NCBI GenBank assembly: GCA_963720545.1
Contig: OY970399.1
Span: forward strand, 1,184,001 to 1,248,000
Source of the DNA: an uncultured Acidobacteriota bacterium
Lineage (GTDB): Bacteria > Acidobacteriota > Vicinamibacteria > Fen-336
DNA: 64,000 bases
Direction: 5' to 3'
Shown here: positions 59,736 through 64,000 of the stretch, piece by piece
Numbering within the stretch: the first letter of the stretch is position 1
Layout: every line of letters begins with the position of its first letter
Notes under the pieces: model-generated
Database searches by the model: none
What the model was told of the DNA's origin: nothing
The model's input: only the letters and a program-made list of their open reading frames with translations
Program-made: the position numbers and the translations under genes

Positions 59736-61734
59736 TGTAGCCCAGCGCCTTCATCCGCGCCAGGTTCTCGGGGCTCAGCGCCTCAGGACCGCGCGGAGTC
59801 CCGACGCGGAACACCCAGGCGCGCACCCGCGCCTCGCCGCCCTTCGCGGGCGGCGTGCCGAAGACCACGGTATCCGGCAACAGCTCTTTGCGGTTCTCGA
59901 GAAGGCGAACCTTGATGGGCGCGTCTTCGGGTTCGGTGCGGACCAGGAGCACGCGCCGCTCACCGGCGTGGACGTAGCGCAGCACCGCCGCGCCGCCCGC
60001 GGAAGGCCGCGGAATGTCGCCGGTGGCGAACTGCAGGCTCAGCATTTCGGCAATGCGGCCGGTGCTCGTGATCTCAGCGTGCATCTCGCGGCCTTCAGGG
60101 GCATCGGCAAGCACGATGTGGTGACCCGCCTGCGCCGACTGGACGAAGTAATCGAGATCGGCGCGCAAGCCGTCGGTGCCGGGCGGCGGGCTCCCGGCCA
60201 GGTTCACACGCTCACCGGGGTCGGCAACCAGGTCGAAGAGCATCTCTCGTCGCTTCGGCAGAATCTCGCGAATGCGCTTGTAGCGCCCGGCGCGCGCGGC
60301 GTAGATCATCTCGTTTGCCGGGATCTGTTCGTGGAAGAGCGTGCGCGGTGCGATCGGCTGCTTCTCGACGAGCCCCTTCAGCGACACCCCGGTGAGGTCG
60401 CGCGGTGCGCCAACGCCGGCCAGTTCGAGGATCGTCGGCACGATGTCCACGTTCGAGACGTCGGCGGGGATGCGCGACGCCGGGCCGCCACTTGCGGTGC
60501 GCAGGATCATCGGGACGTGGAGGATCTGCTCGTAAAGCGAGTGGCCGTGGCGCGCGGTGTCGTGCTCGCCGAACTCCTCGCCGTGGTCGGCGGTGAGCAG
60601 TACGTGGGTGTTACGATCCAGTCCGCGCTCCGCGAGCGCCGCCAGCAGCTTGCCGATCTCGACGTCGTTGGCCGCGATCTCAGTGTCATAGAGGTCGCTG
60701 TCGCGAGCGAGCCCCTGGCTCCCGGCCCGTACCAGCGATTCGTGAGGCGAACGCGCACGGTAGGGATAGTGCAGGTCGAGCGAGTGCAAGTAGAGGAAGA
60801 AGGGCCGGCTGCGGTGGGCATCGATCCAGGGAATGACCGCCGCGGTGATGGTCGCCGCGTCGCCCTCGACGTTGTTCACGGCCTTGCCGTGCCACTCGGA
60901 GGCCAGCTCGACGTAGCGGTCGAAGCCGCGCGAGTACCCGAACGCCTTGCCGTCGAGCACCGGATTCGCGACGAACGCCGCGGTGTCATAGCCGGCGGCC
61001 CCGAGGAGCGATGCAAGCGTCGGCCTCTGCGGGTCGAGCGCCGACGCCACCGACCGGGCACCGTGCCGCGGCGCGTCCACACCGGTGAAGAGACACCCGA
61101 CCGACGGCTTGGTCCAGCCAGCACAGGCAAACGCACGTTCGAAGACGTGGCCCTGCGCCGCCAGCCGGTCGATCGCGGGCGTAATTCCGCGCTTGTTCCC
61201 GTACGCGCCAACGCGGTCTGAGCGCAGGCAATCAACCACGTAGACAAGGATGTTCGGCATCGTCGGCCCGCTGCCGAGCACCCGTGGCTCCGCCACCGCA
61301 ACCTCGGCGGCGCCTCCCGAGAATTCGAGCGTCACCTCGGTGTCGCCTGCCGCCAATTCCAGCGTGTTGTCTGCCCACTGCGCCGCATTTTCGAGAGGCG
61401 TGTCGAGCAGCGACCGCCGCTTCGTGCCGGTGCCCGCGTAGACGGTGAGGCTCACGGGAGTGGCGGAATGGCCAGCCACCACTCCAAACTCGAACAGGTC
61501 GCCGCGCGTTGCCGTCACTGGAAACACCGTGGACGTCGGCGCCTGCAAGCGGCGCACGCGCCGCAGGTCGTTGCCCGCAGGAAGCAGTGGAATCCTCTGG
61601 TCCTGGTCAAGCAGCCGCTGGCGCACGACCATGCTGCGCGGCGCTCGACGGCATGCATCGCTCGCGACCCCGAGGAGGCCGACAACGATCATGCCCGCGA
61701 CCGCCAGGCCGCAGCGCGGCGGGAAAAGTGTCAC
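59728..61734 (-). CDS. Sulfatase-like hydrolase/transferase
   Basis: PNILVYVVDCLRSD, WTKPS, DLHYPY, TADHGEEF.EH, HGHSLYE. Confidence 0.85.
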   Translation of the reverse strand: MTLFPPRCGLAVAGMIVVGLLGVASDACRRAPRSMVVRQRLLDQDQRIPLLPAGNDLRRVRRLQAPTSTVFPVTATRGDLFEFGVVAGHSATPVSLTVYAGTGTKRRSLLDTPLENAAQWADNTLELAAGDTEVTLEFSGGAAEVAVAEPRVLGSGPTMPNILVYVVDCLRSDRVGAYGNKRGITPAIDRLAAQGHVFERAFACAGWTKPSVGCLFTGVDAPRHGARSVASALDPQRPTLASLLGAAGYDTAAFVANPVLDGKAFGYSRGFDRYVELASEWHGKAVNNVEGDAATITAAVIPWIDAHRSRPFFLYLHSLDLHYPYRARSPHESLVRAGSQGLARDSDLYDTEIAANDVEIGKLLAALAERGLDRNTHVLLTADHGEEFGEHDTARHGHSLYEQILHVPMILRTASGGPASRIPADVSNVDIVPTILELAGVGAPRDLTGVSLKGLVEKQPIAPRTLFHEQIPANEMIYAARAGRYKRIREILPKRREMLFDLVADPGERVNLAGSPPPGTDGLRADLDYFVQSAQAGHHIVLADAPEGREMHAEITSTGRIAEMLSLQFATGDIPRPSAGGAAVLRYVHAGERRVLLVRTEPEDAPIKVRLLENRKELLPDTVVFGTPPAKGGEARVRAWVFRVGTPRGPEALSPENLARMKALGYIN

Positions 61735-61738
61735 TGCT

Positions 61739-63229
61739 CTAGTTGACGTAGCCGAGGGCCTTCAGGTCTTCGAGCGCCTGAGCGTCCATCGGCACCGTGC
61801 CTGCCTTGCCAGTCTTGTCCTGGACGAACTGACGCAGCTTGGTGTCGTACGTCTTGGCGACCGTCGCGACGCCTGCCTTCATCAGCAGGTTCCGTTTTTC
61901 GAGGGGATCGGCCTGCAGGTCGTAGAGTTCGGTTTGCCGAGGTTCGGGCGGGATCACTGCCCGCCCGGTGGTTTTGATCTGCGCGTCGGTCAACCAAAGG
62001 ATGTACTTGAAGCGGTCGGTGCGCAGGCTCTTCGCCTCGCTGCGGCTCGCGAGCGACTCGCTCACCGCGGCGCGCGAAGGGGCTCCGTCTTTCTCCCACA
62101 GGGACCGTAACGACTCGCCCTGAACCGCCGCAGGGACGTCCACGTGCGCGACGTCGAGAATGGTCGGCATCACGTCTATGGTGCGCGTCACCTGCGCCAC
62201 GCGCCGGCCAGCACTTGCCGACCGCGGCAGCTTGACGATGAGCGGGATGTGGACGAGCTCCTCGTGCAGGGTGTTGCCGTGAGTGTTGAAATAGCGCCCG
62301 TCGCGTTCGTGCGCGCCGCCCTCGCCGGCGATTTCGCCGAGTTGCTCCCCATGGTCGCTCGTGAGGACGATGAGCGTGTTGTCGTACAGCCCGCGGGCCT
62401 TGAGCCGCTCGACGATGCTGCCAAGAGCCCGGTCCATGGCCAGGATGCCGCTGTCGTAGAGCGCCGAGATCACTGTGGGCGTGGACATCTTGTAATGCTC
62501 GAGAAAGCGATCCTCCCGGCCAGCATCGGTGCGGCCAAGACGCCTGCCCGCGAGGTCGTCGATACCGTCGCGCAGCTTCGCCAGGATCTCAGGCGGCACC
62601 ACCGAATCGAGGTAGTCGGTGTGCAGATAGGGCGCATGCACTTCGAAGGTGTGCAGGAAGATGAAGAAGGGAGTGTCGTGCCGGCGGTCGATCGCCGCCA
62701 TCACCCGTCCCAGGTTCTTCTCGTTGAGTTTGCGCATGAACGTGTAGTAGCGCAGGAAGCCGCGATCGAAACCAATGCGCGGATCCACGGTGGCGCCACC
62801 GGTGAACGCTACCGAACGATACCCGCGGCCCGACAGGAGTTCGGCGAGCGTCTGATGCTCCGCACCGAGCGTCTGAAAGCCCTCGTTTTCCTCAAGCGCC
62901 GCAGCCAGAACCTTGTAGGGCCGTGTGATTCCATGGGCGGAGGGAAGCAGCCCCGTGAAGAGACTTATGTGACTAGGCGTCGTCCAGGGAGCAGCCGTGA
63001 TGTGGTGCTCGAAGAGGATCGAATCCTTGGCAAGTGCATCCATCGAAGGACTCGTCACCCGCGCCTTATAGCCATAGGTGTTGAGCCGATCCGCCCGCAG
63101 AGTATCGATTGAGATCAGCAGGACATTTGGCGGCCCACTCGATCCCGGCGTCGATCGACAGCCACCGGCAACCGAAACCAAGGCAAACACACAGCACACC
63201 GGCCCGAACGCCCTGACGGCAAAGCACAT
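61739..63229 (-). CDS. Sulfatase-like hydrolase/transferase, lipoprotein
   Basis: AGGC lipobox-like; PNVLLISIDTLRAD, WTTPSH, EVHAPY, TSDHGE, LKALGYV. Confidence 0.87.
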   Translation of the reverse strand: MCFAVRAFGPVCCVFALVSVAGGCRSTPGSSGPPNVLLISIDTLRADRLNTYGYKARVTSPSMDALAKDSILFEHHITAAPWTTPSHISLFTGLLPSAHGITRPYKVLAAALEENEGFQTLGAEHQTLAELLSGRGYRSVAFTGGATVDPRIGFDRGFLRYYTFMRKLNEKNLGRVMAAIDRRHDTPFFIFLHTFEVHAPYLHTDYLDSVVPPEILAKLRDGIDDLAGRRLGRTDAGREDRFLEHYKMSTPTVISALYDSGILAMDRALGSIVERLKARGLYDNTLIVLTSDHGEQLGEIAGEGGAHERDGRYFNTHGNTLHEELVHIPLIVKLPRSASAGRRVAQVTRTIDVMPTILDVAHVDVPAAVQGESLRSLWEKDGAPSRAAVSESLASRSEAKSLRTDRFKYILWLTDAQIKTTGRAVIPPEPRQTELYDLQADPLEKRNLLMKAGVATVAKTYDTKLRQFVQDKTGKAGTVPMDAQALEDLKALGYVN

Positions 63230-63813
63230 CGCGCGCAGTCTAGCGTGGTCAAACCGCCCGAAGGCCGGCTAGGCCCGAGCGGTATAGTCCCCTTGGCGCA
63301 TTGAGGTTAGTTGCCGATGAACGTTGGAATTCCGCCCGACCTTCCTTTCGGCGCCACCATGATGGTCATGGGGTTGTGCTTCTCCCTGTCCAGGCGCAAG
63401 TCACGTCGATGGCGAGCACAGACCACTGGAAGACGGATAACAGTCAAGCCATGGCACTGATGTGGGCGCCGTTCTTTGTTGCGCGCCATTTGTCGTTATG
63501 CGTTCTCGCTGTGGCCGCTGCCGCTATAGGGCTCTCTGGGAAGCTTCAAAGCCTGGGGGCAAAGGGTTGACGTGGTTCTTTGAACTCAAGGCCTGTCCCT
63601 CTTGTGGCGCAGCCTGACCACCGACGGAGTACGAGGCCGTCCATCATCAGCAGGCCGAAGTGCCACCGACAATGAAATAGGTGCAGTTCTGGCATCCTTT
63701 GGCGCGGGGATATGGACGGGGCAAGCGGCGGCGCGGCTCATTCTCCAGAGACTTCGCGCCGCATCACGCAGCACGTAGCGGCAGCGGCTCTGGAGGGGGC
63801 CAGATGCAAGGAA

Positions 63814-63856
63814 GATCCCTCGCGGTCAGCGCAAGCGCCGTCCCGCTCGGGAAAAC
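63814..63856. repeat. REP-like hairpin element
   Basis: GATCCCTCGCGG...GCGCAAGCG...CCGCTCGGGAAAAC, abutting the stop at 63857; same ends as 2399-2441. Confidence 0.72.
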
Positions 63857-64000
63857 TTAGAGATCCAGGAGCTTTGAGAGGTAGGGGTTGGTGAAAAGAC
63901 CTGCGGGGTCGAGGCGGGTACGAACACTCTGGAAGCGGTCGAAGTTGGGGTAGCGGGGGCGGAGGTCGGTCGCGGTGCGGGTGTGGAGCTTGGCCCAATG
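63857..64000 (-). CDS. FAD-linked sugar-lactone oxidase (ALO/gulonolactone oxidase family), 3' end only
   Basis: Not in ORF track; manual translation HWAKLHTRTATDLRPRYPNFDRFQSVRTRLDPAGLFTNPYLSKLLDL*, with the HWxK and LDP.G.F.N motifs. Confidence 0.85.
   Translation of the reverse strand, partial: HWAKLHTRTATDLRPRYPNFDRFQSVRTRLDPAGLFTNPYLSKLLDL

Overview
High-GC bacterial chromosomal window, probably Acidobacteriota (inferred from two acidobacterial duplicated orphan permeases and overall gene content). About 48 genes: the 3' end of a Pnkp RNA-repair gene, a TonB receptor with a Fur-like operator, a TolC/MFP/RND efflux operon with a divergent two-component system, a kinase-like/Omp85 fusion, a partial complex I cluster (nuoB, CD, G, I), a copper radical oxidase-REC-HEAT-GT2-TPR/barrel polysaccharide operon, smc, an orphan GspE/PilB ATPase, ctaA, preA-hydA, an MBOAT/AlgJ-like pair and two sulfatase-like genes. 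Most unusual: a DUF222-like HNH nuclease gene with the same GTCCGGAC-centred palindrome upstream, inside and downstream of it, short tandem repeats on both sides, and an orphan perfect copy 25 kb away. Also seen: seven copies of a REP-like hairpin with tandem GA mismatches, a recurring leaderless TAnnnT-N6/7-ATG start architecture, and several single-base indels that look like sequencing errors. No rRNA, tRNA or CRISPR array was recognised. All calls come from reading motifs by eye; no searches were run.
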